Assembly: GCA_013265495.1 (NCBI GenBank)
Contig: MU061578.1
Coordinates: forward strand, 2,241,308 to 2,305,307
Reading direction: 5' to 3'
Length of the DNA: 64,000 bases
From: Vicugna vicugna
Taxonomy: Eukaryota
Each line of letters opens with the position of its first letter. The first letter of the stretch is position 1. Of this stretch, positions 1 to 12,136 are shown one piece after another. Below the pieces are notes generated by a model. The model made no database searches. It was not told the DNA's origin and saw only the letters and a program-made list of their open reading frames with translations. The position numbers and the translations under genes are program-made.

Positions 1-199
1 TTCAAAGTAACCATTTGGGCCACAGCAGCAACCATGATTTTCTCTATCTCTTTATTTCCAGAGAGCAAAGTCCCTTTAAGTGGAAGTCAAGCCAAGGGCA
101 TTTAGATGGATCAAACATGTCATAGGATTGTGGGATCACTTCCTTTTGAATACACAAGGGCCAACCTCCGCTTTGTCTAACTTTTTCTCCTCTGCAGAA

Positions 200-540
200 T
201 GTAGTCTGGGGCCAGAGAGATCTGGCTTTAGATCAGTCCTAATGTGTCTGTGGACCAGCCACGAAAGTTTGCTAAGCCTCACTGTTCCTGGAAATGGGAG
301 AGTTATCCATTCAGCCCACGAATTTGAGGGCCTGCTGCCTGCCGGGCACTGTCCCAGGTGCTGAAAATGGAGCCATGCGCAAGACAGACCAAAACTCAGA
401 GCTCTCGGCTAATACCTGAGTGGGGATAACACTAGGACCCAGATCGTAGGTTTATTGTAAGGATTAGAGATACTGCAGGTTAAGGTCTCAGAACGGTGCC
501 TCCTGATGAGCCGCCACTCAACAGACGATGTCTGTTAAAA
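200..540 (+). mobile_element. MIR SINE interrupted by an antisense L2 3' fragment (~302-400)
   Basis: MIR head/core (ggggccagagagatctggcttt...aagcctcactgttcctggaaatggg) and tail (gtggggataacac...ttgtaaggattagagat) flank an L2-like cattcagcccacgaatttgagggcctgctgcctgccgggcactgtcccaggtgctg. Confidence 0.6.
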
Positions 541-1199
541 TAATACAATTATGAATATCATTCTGCTGATCATTTTTTTAAAATCAGGTGGAACTACATA
601 ATTTTTAGGACAATAAAGAATTTGAAAATAAAACAGCTGATTCTATAGTTTGGTGAGCATTTAAGCATGGGCTTTTTGATGATCTAGCTGACTCACTATG
701 TAAGCAATAGAAAGAAAGATCCAATGTCTACTTCCCCCAAAGTAGCACAGGGATCTGAGAGCAGCTACAGAGACTTGTGGCACAGCCCCCTGCTGCATGC
801 AGACATGTGCGGGCATGTGTCATGTGTGGGCACTCAGTGGTCCTTTTCTGCTGCCTTTCACTGGCATGGCAGCCCCCGTGCAGTAGGTGCCTTGTCTTTA
901 TTTTCTCGAGGAGGAAGATGAGGTGTGGTGAGGGTAGGAAAAGTTTCCCCCTGGTAGAGCAAGGTTGTGAACCCAAACCCCTGACAACACCAAGAGCATT
1001 GCTCTTTTCACTGCATGTATTCTATTTTTCAGCATTATGAGTCATTTTCTTTTCATCATCCTCCACCCCCCCCCGCCCTTTTTAAAAAAAAGATTGAGAT
1101 CGCCACTTCTGGAGGGGAAAGAGACAAAAATAAAGCTGTTCGTACAGGTCCATCATTCTGTGTACAATCTCTGCACCTTTGACAGTGGCAAATGCAGAG

Positions 1200-1590
1200 A
1201 TTTTTCTCCCTTGCAACCCCTTCCCATATCTCCCACATACTCTTCTTCCTGGAACACAGGGAGGCTCCATTGTCCAGCTCCCTTGCACCTGGGCATGGCC
1301 TCATCACTGAGCTACAGTGGACAGAGTGTGAGGGGAAGGATTGCTTGCTACTTCCACGCTTGGCCAGTACAAATTCTCTACAAGTCTCTTTTCCCCTGGG
1401 GGCCAGAAGGTGAAGATGGAGGAGCCAAAGAGTGATAGGAGCCTGAGTCCTGAGTAACTGCAAGGGCAGAGTGCCTTCTCCATGCATATGGTCACACATC
1501 ACACAAGGGAGAAATAAACCTTTCCTGCATTAAGCCCCTGAGACGTGGAAGTTTGTCTGTTACAGCAGCACACCCTGTCTTAGCCAGCAC
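1200..1590 (+). mobile_element. MaLR solo LTR, MLT1I/J-like
   Basis: gaagatggaggagcc...gcctgagtcctgagt...gagaaataaacctttcctgcattaagcccctgagacgtggaagtttgtctgttacagcagca, typical MLT1 3' half with AATAAA. Confidence 0.75.
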
Positions 1591-1714
1591 ATCCCACTAA
1601 AAGGCAGATTCCTGTCCTTCAGGGTAAGCATCATGTCTTATTAAGTTCTATACTCTGGGCACCCAGCCAGGGGCCTGGCATGACGTAAATTCAGGAAGGT
1701 TGGCCTGGTGTTTA

Positions 1715-1965
1715 TGGAAAGGGGTTTGGGGATCAGGTCAGCCTGGATCTGAGTGCTGGCTCTGACACTTGTGTGCTGAGGGAGACTTTGGGGAAAGCAT
1801 TTAACCTCCTGGAGCTTCATCTTCTTATTGGTAAAAGAGTGATGTGATGTCAACATATAGTCATGACAACACGCAGCCATGGGTCTTACATATGGTAAAG
1901 ACAAGTGCTCAGCCTACAAAGAGCACGTAATAAGCTCTCAGGAGCCGGTAAACTACTGTGGCTGC
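1715..1965 (+). mobile_element. MIR SINE
   Basis: cctggatctgagtgctggctctgacactt...tttggggaaagcatttaacctcctggagcttcatcttcttattggtaaaa core. Confidence 0.75.
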
Positions 1966-2038
1966 TGCTAAACTGATACTATTAAATTCCCAATAGTAAG
2001 AGCTTGAGACTTGACCTGAATGCACCTACACGTGCACG

Positions 2039-2064
2039 CACACACACACACACACACACACACA
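2039..2064. repeat. (CA)n microsatellite
   Basis: Visible CA run. Confidence 0.95.
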
Positions 2065-4694
2065 TTCACACCTACTCACTTATACAAAAATCATACAAAT
2101 ATGCAGGTTTATAAACTCCCTAAAGTGGCTTCTTCTTCTAAATAATAACAATGATGGCTCTGTCCCTTTTTCACAAGTATTTATCGTCACCATTCATAGC
2201 CTCTCCTTCCCTATCCCTCTCTCCTCAACGCTGCTGGCTCCCTGGGTTCTTAGAAATTATAATTAATTCATACTTCGGACTCTCAGGATTATAAGGTATT
2301 ATAGGATGGCAGAGCTAAGACAAATGCTTTAATTCACCAGCTGCCGTGTATTTAATTAGAGATTCTGATGAATCCTCCTTACGCAAATAGGCCTTCCTAC
2401 TTGGTGTCGTGCAAGAGAGGGGGAAAGAGGGGGAGGGATTTGTGCACAAGGCCTCCAGGACTCTCAAACTTTTGGCTGGTGTGGACTGCTCGTCTGTCAC
2501 CTGAGAACCAGCTGGGAGGGGAGAAGTGTTGGCTGACAGCCCTCTGCCATGTGTGCTGGACAGGGGGAGATGTCTTGAAAGAGGCTTCTCTAATCCTGTG
2601 ACACAGGAAAGCCCTCCATATGGGGATGGAATGGGGTGGGGGTTTTCACAGATTCAAATTGCTTCTGGGCCCTCTTATAATTTTTTCCTCTATAATGTGT
2701 ATTATAATTTTGGAGGTGGGTGGTGGAACAAAGAGCATTTGACTCTCATTGACAATATCACTCTCGGGATGGTATGTGTGTGTGTGTCTGTCTGTCCCAT
2801 AATTGGTGATAAAGCTGACAGTTTGGTAAAAAAAAAAAAAGACTCACGTTTGCTCTTGTGCAGGGAGGCAGTTGTTCTTTTAAAAATGCTTTCATTGCAC
2901 CAAGTATCTCTAATGAGGATAGCAGTTAATAAAATTAAAAGGTGGGCTGACAGACTCAGTCATTTTTTTCTCTCCATCCAGGGCAAATACAGATTACTGA
3001 CAAACAACAGAGACCCAGGTTGCAGCCCCAGAAGTGACCTCCAGGGTAGCCAAAGGCTACTCTCTGGGTATCACATTTTGAGCACCTGGGAAGGAGGGTT
3101 CCCAACACCCCTACACATCAGTTATTAGATTAGCCCCATGCTACTGATCAAGGCAGTGTGGCTTCTTTTCCTGCTCCCCTGACAGAGACAGAGGGAATGA
3201 CCTCTTCAGAAGCTGAGTCAGGAACCCTTGGCATTGAGCCTTTGCCACCTCTCTCTAGTCTCTGCCCAGTTCTTTTAAGAAGCCCAATGTCCTACCACAG
3301 AACACTGAAGTTCCTCAGTTGAGTGTGAACACCCGCCAATCCCAGCATACACTTCCCTTCCAACGTGGCTTACAGCTCTTGCCGATATGCCCCCTGTGTC
3401 AGATATCCTCAGGAAGCTATCCTCGTTGAAGCTCAAAGTTCCAGGCTCATGCACCTGCAGTCCTTTTCTAGCAGTGTAACCCTCTCCTGAGCTGCCTTCC
3501 CTCTCCCTCCATTTGCCAAACTCCACCCTTCAAGAGCCCGCTCTTTGTCATCCCCCTTGTGAAGCTCTCGTGTGTCTTCCTCTGTTTCAGCAGTCACATA
3601 CAACTACTTATAACTTTACATTTTCCTCTGTTGTGTATCCTGTCTTCCCACCTAAACCATAAAGTCTCTGAGGATAGGATTCAGGTTTATACGTTGCCAT
3701 CCCCTTGTGGATAAGCCTGAGACAAGCCCACCACAAACTCTAATAACCTTACTATTCTGCTGATTTATAAAGAGGATTACATTGCATCTCCTGGAGCATA
3801 AATTCCTTGTTCAGAACATTGTCAGGAAATGTTATTGGTCTTCCATCTAATTCACTGTGAGAAACTTCTGTGTGTGTTGGAAAACACATCTGATGTTCAT
3901 TAGAACCAGGTCCCCAAGGAGCAGACTCCCAGGTAACTGTGCCCTTGGGCTGCTCCCTTGCTCCCTTTTCTCCCAACGGAGGGCCCTGTACAGTTACTGC
4001 AAGGTCTTCTCCACAAAGGGAAATATCACCAACTCCTCTTGTTTCATACCACCTTTCTGACCTCCTTCCTATTCCCTCCCTCCCACCACTCCTAGATGGG
4101 GGCAAACTCCAATTCTGCAGTGTCATCTTATTAGGAGTTGACATGAAGCCAGTCAAACGTGAAATGGGATGTGATGAGCAGGTGCACCCGGGCGAGAGGG
4201 AGGCATCATCAAGGATGATGTCCAGGTTTGGGTCTTGGGCAAGGAGCATGCTGAGATTGCATTTCATCCTCAGGGCAAGATAGTCAGGGAGATCCTGGAG
4301 AAAATGATGGGACCGTCTATTGGGGAGGGGAAGGCATTTATCCCATGAGTGGATAAGGGCCAAGGTAATGACAGTGGAGACGAAGAGAGGCAGGTTTATT
4401 CAAGAAATTAGAGACACTCTCCAGAGAACTGGATAGTTTACAGGACGTAAGAAATAAAGGAGAAGGATCATCAAAGGAGAGGATTTAGGGGTTTGGCAGA
4501 GGTCCCATTAGTTGACAAGGGAGCTCGGAGGGTGGACAACACAGAGCAAGGGCCACTGGATATCCCATCTCTTTAACTCTCCTCCTGGTAACTTATCTTG
4601 GGAAGAATTCAGTGGAAGGTAAAAAGCTGTGTGCCCTTTAGTACCTGTGAAAACACCATCTATATAAATTCTGGGTGACAGCTTAAATGCCCAA

Positions 4695-4860
4695 TAGTGG
4701 TAGTGCTTAATATGCGCCAAGCATTGTTCTGAGGGCTTGACATGGAAGAACCCATTGAACGTTAACAACAACCCTATGAAGTCAGTCCCTTTATGATCCC
4801 TGCTTGGCAGGTGAGCAACCAAGGGCTCAGAGCCAGGAGTTGGACCTGGGGGTCAGCCTC
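4695..4860 (-). mobile_element. MIR SINE
   Basis: gtgcttaatatgcgccaagcattgttctgagggctt...aacaaccctatgaag...gcaggtgagcaaccaagggctcagag. Confidence 0.7.
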
Positions 4861-5229
4861 CTCTAAAGGTACCTAGATATACCGCCTCTCCCCACGACAG
4901 GGGGAGGTGCTGGCACGTCTGAGCACACCAGCATGCTAGAATTTTAGACAACCACTAAACAATTATTAAGGCAATTCCATGGAAGCAAGGGAAATGTGTC
5001 TGGCGTATCATGAAATAAAAAAAAAAATCAGGCAAAATTATGTGGAAAGCCTGAAAATAATTATGTTAAAATATGTGCACACATGGGTGAGATCTGGAAG
5101 GGAATTTACCACAGTGGAAACAGATGTGCTCTTCAGGTGACAGGATTAGGATGATATTTGTGATAAAATTTCCATATATTATTGTTGATACTCACCTTTT
5201 CTTTAAGGAGAAAAAAATCCAAACAAGAT

Positions 5230-5500
5230 GGAAAAAGTATAAACTGTACAATTCCAATATATGAAGTACAAAAACAGGCAAAACTAATCAATAGGTGTAG
5301 AAATCAGAACGGTGGCTGCCTCAGGTTGGGGCATACCAGACTGGCCAGGGCATGAAATACTTTCCTGAAGGGAGGGAGGTGATAGTCACAGAGGCATATT
5401 TTTGTCCAAACTCATTGAACTGTGTCTTTGAGATACGTGTATTTTATTGTATGGAAATTGTATGTATTGCATGCCAATGATACCTTAATTTCTTAAAAAA
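5230..5500 (+). mobile_element. Old L1M (L1MD/ME-like) 3' UTR fragment
   Basis: aaaacaggcaaaactaatcaataggtgtagaaatcagaacggtggctgcc...gtccaaactcattgaactgtg...tattttattgtatg. Confidence 0.7.
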
Positions 5501-5519
5501 AATATATGCATATGGGGAG

Positions 5520-5980
5520 TGTGACAGTTCATTTTACATGTCAGCTTGACTGGACCAGCCAGCGAACACCCAGATATTTGGTCACACAGTATTTTTGGGT
5601 GAGCCTGTGAGGGTGTTTCCGGATGAGATTAGCACTTCAGTCGTTCACTTAGTAAAGTAGATCGCCCTCCCCCATGTGGGTGGGCATCCTCCAATCTGCT
5701 GGGGGCCTGAATAGAACAAAAGGTGGAGGAAGGAGGAATTCACTTCTTCTTTCCTGCCTCATTGCATGAGTTGGGAAGTCTTATCTCATATTTTCCTGCT
5801 CCAGGACCAGGTTCTCAGGCCGTTGGACTTGTACTGAACTACACCCCCAGCTCTCCTGGGTCTCTTGCAGATGGCAGATCAGAGGGCTTCTCAGCCTGCA
5901 TAACCATGTGAGCCAATCCTTCATAATCAGTCAGTGAATCTACCTACTTACCTATTTATCTACTTATCTATCCATCCACT

Positions 5981-6011
<31 letters not shown>

Positions 6012-6097
6012 CCTATCTATCTTTCTATCTATCTATATCTACCTACCTATCCATACATCCATCTATTGGTTCTTTTTCTCTGGAGAACCCTAATTCA
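5520..6097 (+). mobile_element. ERVL solo LTR, MLT2 family, full length with internal (TATC)n
   Basis: Starts TGTGACAGTTCATTTTACATGTCAGCTTGACTGG, ends CTGGAGAACCCTAATTCA; 5-bp flanks gggag (5515-5519) / gggtg (6098-6102) fit a decayed TSD. Confidence 0.9.
5938..6066. repeat. Imperfect (TATC/TACC)n tetranucleotide repeat inside the MLT2 LTR
   Basis: Directly visible. Confidence 0.9.
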
Positions 6098-6267
6098 GGG
6101 TGGGAGGAAGTCAAAACAAAGTCTCCCATTTAGGCATTTCCTTTTTCTCTTTCTCTGTGGGGTCGTAGACATTATGAATGCCACCCAGGACAACGAGCCC
6201 ACTCCTCTACCCATTTGTCTCCTTATAGAAAAGGGAGTTTCAATGGAGGCGACACAATCCCTTACAA

Positions 6268-6485
6268 CAGGGTTCCTCAAAGGATGATCCACAGGCCAGT
6301 GTCAGTCTGACACCAGTTTTTGTAAATAAAATTGTATTGGAACACTGCCATGCCCACTTGTGTCCACATCTGGGGTTGCTCACACTACAATATGTTGCTG
6401 GGTTGTTGGAACAGAGACCGTATAGATGGCAAAGCCTAAAATACTCACTATCTGGATTTTTTCAGAAACATTTGCTGAGCCCTTG
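6268..6485 (+). mobile_element. MER58A hAT-Charlie MITE
   Basis: gtttttgtaaataaaattgtattggaacactgccatgccc...acagagaccgtatagatggcaaagcctaaaatactcactatctgg...tttgctgagcccttg. Confidence 0.85.
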
Positions 6486-6499
6486 CCTAGAGAACATTC

Positions 6500-6642
6500 G
6501 GAAATAAATGTGGCTGTTTGGGGTTGCCACCAGGACTGAGTTGGGGCTGCTATTGGCATTTATTTGGCATAGTTACTACCATGCATAATGAAGAACCACC
6601 CTGCCCCAACCTTGAAACAGTGACCCCACTGAGAAACTTGCT
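6500..6642 (+). mobile_element. MER20-like hAT-Charlie fragment
   Basis: tttggggttgccac...ggggctgctattggcattta...tgagaaacttg. Confidence 0.5.
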
Positions 6643-7334
6643 CTCCAAGGACATTAAGAACCTGGAAGAGGCAACTACAGCCAAGACTTCGGCTTCTAAG
6701 CAAATTAAAACTCTGCAGGATTTCGTTTCCCCCATTTAGAGAGATGCACTTCCCTCCCTGCTTTTTTCTATCTTTAGGCAAGAAGCATCAAAAAAGCACC
6801 CACCACTTAGCTTCCTTCACTTTATCTAACTTTTCAGTTATTATTTGACAGCTTGTCTCACAGGTTCCCTTAGGACCTAGTTTTAGAATCAAGCAGGAGG
6901 GTTTTAAAAGTTGCCAAACCCAAGTTTAACAGGAGACAGAAATACTTGCCAGGGTTTGAACTTGTTTTATCACACATTCTCCGCCTCTCCCAGTGGGACC
7001 CAGTGAGGGAGTTACGTTCCTTACATCAGAACCGTCGCTTTGGGTTGACAAAGTGCTCTCTGGATACAGTAGGTTTTGCTCTGTGTGTTAGGCTGGGCAG
7101 GCGGAGCAACTCCTAGTTTTAGAGAGGAGAATGCAAAGAAGTGATCTGTTCAAGGTGAAGTGGGTAACCCGAACTTAGCCTCGAAGTCTGCAGGCCTTTC
7201 TCAGGAGCTCCCTGTTAATACTGTACTCAAGCAATTTAATGGTGGAATTCCAGGAGCTGAGTAGCCTTTCAAGAGCACGTCAGACTACAGAATGGGGAGG
7301 GAAGTGGGACACGATTCAGCCTATTTCTGCCTGT

Positions 7335-7525
7335 GAAAGCTTAAATGTCTGTCTTGCAGTAAACTCAGGATTTTGAGGGCTGAGGCTAAGTCTTATTCAT
7401 CGTACCCTCTTTGCATGCTCAATGCCTGGGATCGTACATGATACATAGTAGGCACAGAATAAATGAATGAATAAGTGAATGGATGAATGAGTGAATGGAT
7501 GAATAAATGAATGAATGAATGAATA
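7335..7525 (+). mobile_element. L2 3' end with expanded (TGAA)n tail
   Basis: gtcttattcatc...catagtaggcacagaataaatgaatgaat... Confidence 0.75.
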
Positions 7526-7599
7526 AAAGTCATCTCATCCTCTCTATCCTTCCCTGTACCCAGAAGGAATTGTAAAATGATAGCAAGGTATGAAAGAAA

Positions 7600-7865
7600 A
7601 TAAAAAACTATAGCTAACATCATACTTATAACATACCCAACACTCTTCTGAACATGTCTGTGTTTTGGCTCATTTATTCATTTCAACAACTCTCTGAGTT
7701 TGATACTATTATCATCTCCACTTATTTTACAAACAAGAAGACTGGACATCAGCCAACTTAGAAAAATGTCCCAAGGTCCCAGAGTGGGGAAGAGGAAGAG
7801 CTGGGATTTGAACTCAGGTCTGGCAGTCTCTTGTTTCAGGACGCGTAATTACTCCACTATTCTGT
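7600..7865 (-). mobile_element. MIR SINE
   Basis: caacaactctctgag...tactattatcatctccacttattttacaaacaagaagactgg...cccaaggtccc...ctgggatttgaactcaggtctg. Confidence 0.8.
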
Positions 7866-8784
7866 ATCCAGTGCTAAACGCTGGGGCAACACAACCCCTC
7901 CACTTATATAGGATGTATGTGTTTTAATTGGAATCCGCAGAGGGAATGGAGAGGGAAGACTGCTTAGCTTGTCAACATTCATAAAAAGCAACTCTCTCCA
8001 AAAAAGGGACATGCAGAGGTGCAAGGATATGTGGACACATAGATATTTGATTCTGTAGTTTCAATAAAACAGAGCTTGGACCCCACACTATGTGACAAAT
8101 GGCTCAATAAGTAGGGTAACATAATGCAGTCAGAAAGAAATACATTTTTATGTGCCGAGTGGAATTGCAGAACACCAGCTACAGCTTGGGCGATCATGTA
8201 ATGAAAACACTTTTGTGCTGGGTTGGCAATGTGGGGATGAGCAAAGCTCGGGTTTAAAGCTGAACAACTGTGTGTGTCTTTATTTTTCACGATTGAAATT
8301 CAAGATACACCGAGGGGCCAAATCCAGAGAGGTTTGTGCAAGGGGTGGCAGAGTAGGGAAAACTGAAACACTGTCGCATCTTGAAAAATAGTTACGTGAT
8401 TTATTTTCAAATCACCCTGAACTTGTCATTAAAGTGCACGCCCGGGTAATTACTGAGAACAGGACAGGTCAACTCATAATTGGGAGTCTGGGTTTTTCTG
8501 ATAATAGTTCGTTTCATTTGCACAAATCAGTGAGTGCTTAATATGCATTTGTGGAAGGAAGGAAGGAAGGAAGAAAAGAAAGAAGGAAGGGACTTGTTGA
8601 GTGTTTTATATGCCAGATACAGAATCATGTATTTTGTTTAACTTTCATATGAATCATATTGGGTAGATACCAATAATAGGTAAAGAAACTGAGGCACTGA
8701 GAGGATAGTATGGCGTCTGAGTGGGTAGAGTTAGAACTCAGACTCAAGCAGATTGTTCTGCTAGTCTCCTATGTTCCCCATTGG

Positions 8785-9238
8785 TGAAGGAGAGGTCCCC
8801 CCACCGACCCGACATAGTATGTGATGGTAGCATACAACCTCCCACAGTGGACAGATGAGATCAACATGGTTTATGAGTCACTATACTCACAGTCCAGGAG
8901 AGCTAAGACCCAGCACGACACACAGGGCCACACAGAGCACAGTGAAGCAGCAGGGGCTGTGGAGGCAGGCTTTGTAGTGACAAGAGGGTGAGACATCCCC
9001 TTGTTCCCTCAGGAGGATGTGACTGGTGTGCTGGAATAGTGCTGCAGGCTGGCAGGGAAGTGACAGTAGGTGGAGGCGCAGCTGGCCCAGCTTATAAGGG
9101 AAGGAGACAGGTGGAGAGCCTTTGCTGCTGGGTGGAGGGCATATCTGGCAACAGCAGGAGAGCTCATGGTTAGATCTCTGGGGCCCCATACGGCTCAAAG
9201 ATACCAAGGGAGCTCATGAATTTGCAAATCTTACAACA
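8785..9238 (-). mobile_element. ERVL-class solo LTR (MER70/MER54/MER74 group-like)
   Basis: Minus strand starts TGTTGTAAGATTTGC...CCTTGGTATCTTTGAGCC and ends in CA; flanks cattgg (8779-8784) / cgttgg (9239-9244). Subfamily assignment is from memory and uncertain. Confidence 0.65.
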
Positions 9239-9364
9239 CGTTGGTGATTCTGGGCCAGTAACTCCCAACTAGTACATGATCACCATTCCTCCCCACTTCC
9301 CTTGATTTGTCCTGCCACCTCGCATGTCAACCCACAAACTCTTCTCCTTCTTTATTTCATCACA

Positions 9365-9600
9365 GGAGATGGGAAATGTGGAATAAGCGTCCGTCTTGGA
9401 GCCAGTGGGTAAGTCTCTGGGTCTTAGCTCTGCTGTCCAGGAGCTCTATGGCTCTGAGCCTTTCTTTTCTCTGCAAATTAAGGATGCTGCCACATACTTC
9501 ACATGGTGGTTTAAAAAGATTAAGTGAAATCAAAGAAAGATCCTTAAAAAGCATTGTAAATGAAAGACACTATTACTTATGATCATGGTTGTCATCATCT
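9365..9600 (+). mobile_element. MIR SINE
   Basis: tctctgggtcttagctctgctg...ctctgagcctttcttttctctgcaaattaaggat...agattaagtgaaat. Confidence 0.55.
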
Positions 9601-9699
9601 CTAGATTGCTTTGACCCCAGGGACATTTTTTAAAGGAACTAAGTAAGAAAGTGAGGGTTACTACTGCACCAAATAATAACAAAAACTAAGTTAGAGAAG

Positions 9700-9950
9700 T
9701 AGCATCAAACTATTTAGAATGTTTGGAATGTGCCCCTTCTGTACCAGCACTTTCCAGCATCATCTCATTTAGCTTTTATAACAACACTATCAGGTTAGTA
9801 TCGGCATTATTTCTCCAAAGATAACTTCACTGACACTCAGAAAGATGAAGCAATCTGCTCACAGCCAAGTTCCACAGGGAGTAAGGGACAAAGAAGGAAT
9901 TCACATCCAGGTCAGTGTCACTACAGAGCCTGTGTCCTTAACCTCCAGGT
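9700..9950 (-). mobile_element. MIR SINE
   Basis: catctcatttagcttttataacaacact...actgacactcagaaagatgaagcaatctgctcacagcc...ggaattcacatccaggtcagtgtcactacagagcc. Confidence 0.75.
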
Positions 9951-9974
9951 GATATTCTCACAAGGATATCTGGG

Positions 9975-10430
9975 TGATGCAAGAGGTGGAATATCACCCC
10001 TCCACAATGATGCCCTGGTCCTAATCCTCAGAAGCTGTGAACATGTTACCATATACAGCAAAAAAGACTCTATAGATGTGATTAAGTTTAGGATTTTGAG
10101 ATGAGAAGATTGTCATTGATTATCCAGATTCTCCAACATAATCACAAAGGTCCTTATAAGAAGACAGGAAGGTCAGAATCAGAGAAAGAGTGGAAGATGT
10201 CCTGCTGCTGACTTTGAAGGCAGAGGAAGAGGCCACAAGCCACATGATACAGGTGGGCTTTAGAAGCTAGAAAAGATAAGGATAGATATTCTCCTCGAGA
10301 GCCTACAGAAGGAACACAGCCCTACTGACACCTTGGTTTGACTTCTGACCTCCAGAACTGTAAGATAGTAAATTTGTGGGGTTTTTTTTTTAGCCATCAA
10401 GTTTGGGTAACTTGTTACAGCAGCAATAGG
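9975..10430 (+). mobile_element. MaLR solo LTR, MLT1D/C-like
   Basis: gtcctaatcctcagaagctgtgaacatgttacc...gatgtgattaag...gagcctacagaaggaacacagccctactgacaccttg...gacttctgacctccagaactgtaagata...ttgttacagcagcaatagg. Confidence 0.9.
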
Positions 10431-10474
10431 TGGGGTCAGAGTATTTTTGCATAAGAGCAGACGATTTTCTCTAA

Positions 10475-10668
10475 AGCCGTGCTGTCCAATATGGCAGCCA
10501 ACAACCACACATGCTTGTTTAAACTGAGATGACTAAACTTAATTTTTAAATTCAGTTCCACAGTCACACTAGCAGTATTTTACAGGCTCAATAGCCCTCC
10601 ACCATTAGTGGCCACTGTGTTAGACAGGGCCGTTTTTATCACTCAAAGAAAGTCTTCTGCATAACTGT
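10475..10668. mobile_element. MER3-like hAT-Charlie MITE
   Basis: gtgctgtccaatatggcagccaacaaccacacatg...aaattcagttccacagtcacactagc...ctcaatagcc...agtggccactgtgttagacag. Confidence 0.75.
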
Positions 10669-10704
10669 AAGTATTTCCATAAGGATGCATAAGGGGTTCA
10701 TTGG

Positions 10705-10910
10705 GTACCAAGGGTGATGGAGGCAGACTGCCTGGCTTCAAACCCTAACTCTGCCACTTCCTAGCTTGGCATAACCTGGGGATAGCAATGGTAGCACCTA
10801 AGCCATTGGTTTATTATGAAGACTGAATGTGGAAAACAGAGGCAAAATGCATAAGCACACTACCTGGTCCATATTAGTAAGCATTTAATACCTGTGAGCT
10901 CTTACTATTT
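10705..10910 (+). mobile_element. MIR SINE (internally deleted)
   Basis: ggaggcagactgcctggcttcaaaccctaactctgccacttcctagct...taagcacactacctgg. Confidence 0.75.
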
Positions 10911-11759
10911 CTCCTGTTTCCTTTTCAGACAGGAGGACCTGAGCCCAGCCCAGTTTCAGGAGGTCCACTGGGTTTCTGTCTCAGGCCGACTGTTTCACAC
11001 AGGTGGCCACTGTCTCATGTAACCACCTGAGCGCAGCATTCTGAAACCAGCCCTGTGCCCAAAAGCCAGCAAAGAATGGAAGTGAAAAATATTACATAAG
11101 ACACTTCCCCAGGATGTGGTATCGCAGCCACGTGAATACAAATCACTGACGTGCAAACACTCCTCGGAAATATTTATGATGAAACTTCAGCACCAACCCA
11201 AACAGCCTTCACAGAGTGAAGCGAAACCATAAATTATTTCCAAGAACATTGTAATGCCAAGGGAACTCACTTAATTATCCATTATCCCAGAAATGTAGAC
11301 ATAATGTTAATTAAAATGAAGGGGGAAAGCCATTTCCATTTTTTATGAAGATTCATTGGGCTCTGGAAGAGCTCTTTGCCCTGAAGGCTGGGCCAGGTGA
11401 TGGAGAGCTCATCCTGGGAGACAAAAACAGTCACCCAGACAAGAACAGGGGCACCTCAAGGTCAAGAAACAGCACTTCCAACACAGAAGAAGGACTGTCT
11501 GGCCTCACTCCCCCGTCTTTCTCCCACAGACGCCTGTGGCGTCACCGTTAGAAATGATTTTTCTTTCATCCACACACTGACAGATCCTTGCTCTCTCTTT
11601 CAAAACCCTCCTTCTGGACGTTGTGGCACAACGTGGCTCCAGCATTGCAGCTGGCTCAAGAGTGAAGAACAGCAGTGCCCCGGTTTCATCCCTTTGTTTT
11701 TAGCTCCCCGAGTCTACATGGAGGCCACGCTGTCATGGCAGGCCAGAGGACAGGGAGAA

Positions 11760-11792
11760 GGATGGATGGATGGATGGATGGATGGATGGATG
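11760..11792. repeat. (GGAT)n microsatellite
   Basis: Directly visible. Confidence 0.95.
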
Positions 11793-12136
11793 TACAGGAC
11801 AATAAAGTAGGCTCCTGAGCACTAGGTGGGCCCAGTGGGTCTGGTTTCAGAACCTCGCCTCTGGCTAAACAAGGTGACTTTGTTTTTGTAGTTTGTAATT
11901 GATGGGACAAAACATTACTAAAATATGGGTGCTCCCAGCTTAGTTTTCCCCAGCCGTATAAATAATTCTGGTCTGGCTTGCATCAGACCCTTCAGTGCAG
12001 TGCCTCTCCCAGCCACGTCTGCCTTTTCCTCCTCAAGAAAGACCCAGGCATAACATCGAGCGTAGAGAATGGGGAGAAAGAGCAAATAAGGGGATCATGG
12101 GCTGGGGTGGGGAGACTTGTTGAAGGGAAGCTAAGA

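Noticed and set aside
2526..4363. ORFs of 200 aa (2526-3128) and 203 aa (3752-4363)
   Set aside because: No recognisable domain; they run through a poly(A)/TG tract or L2-like decayed sequence; consistent with chance ORFs.
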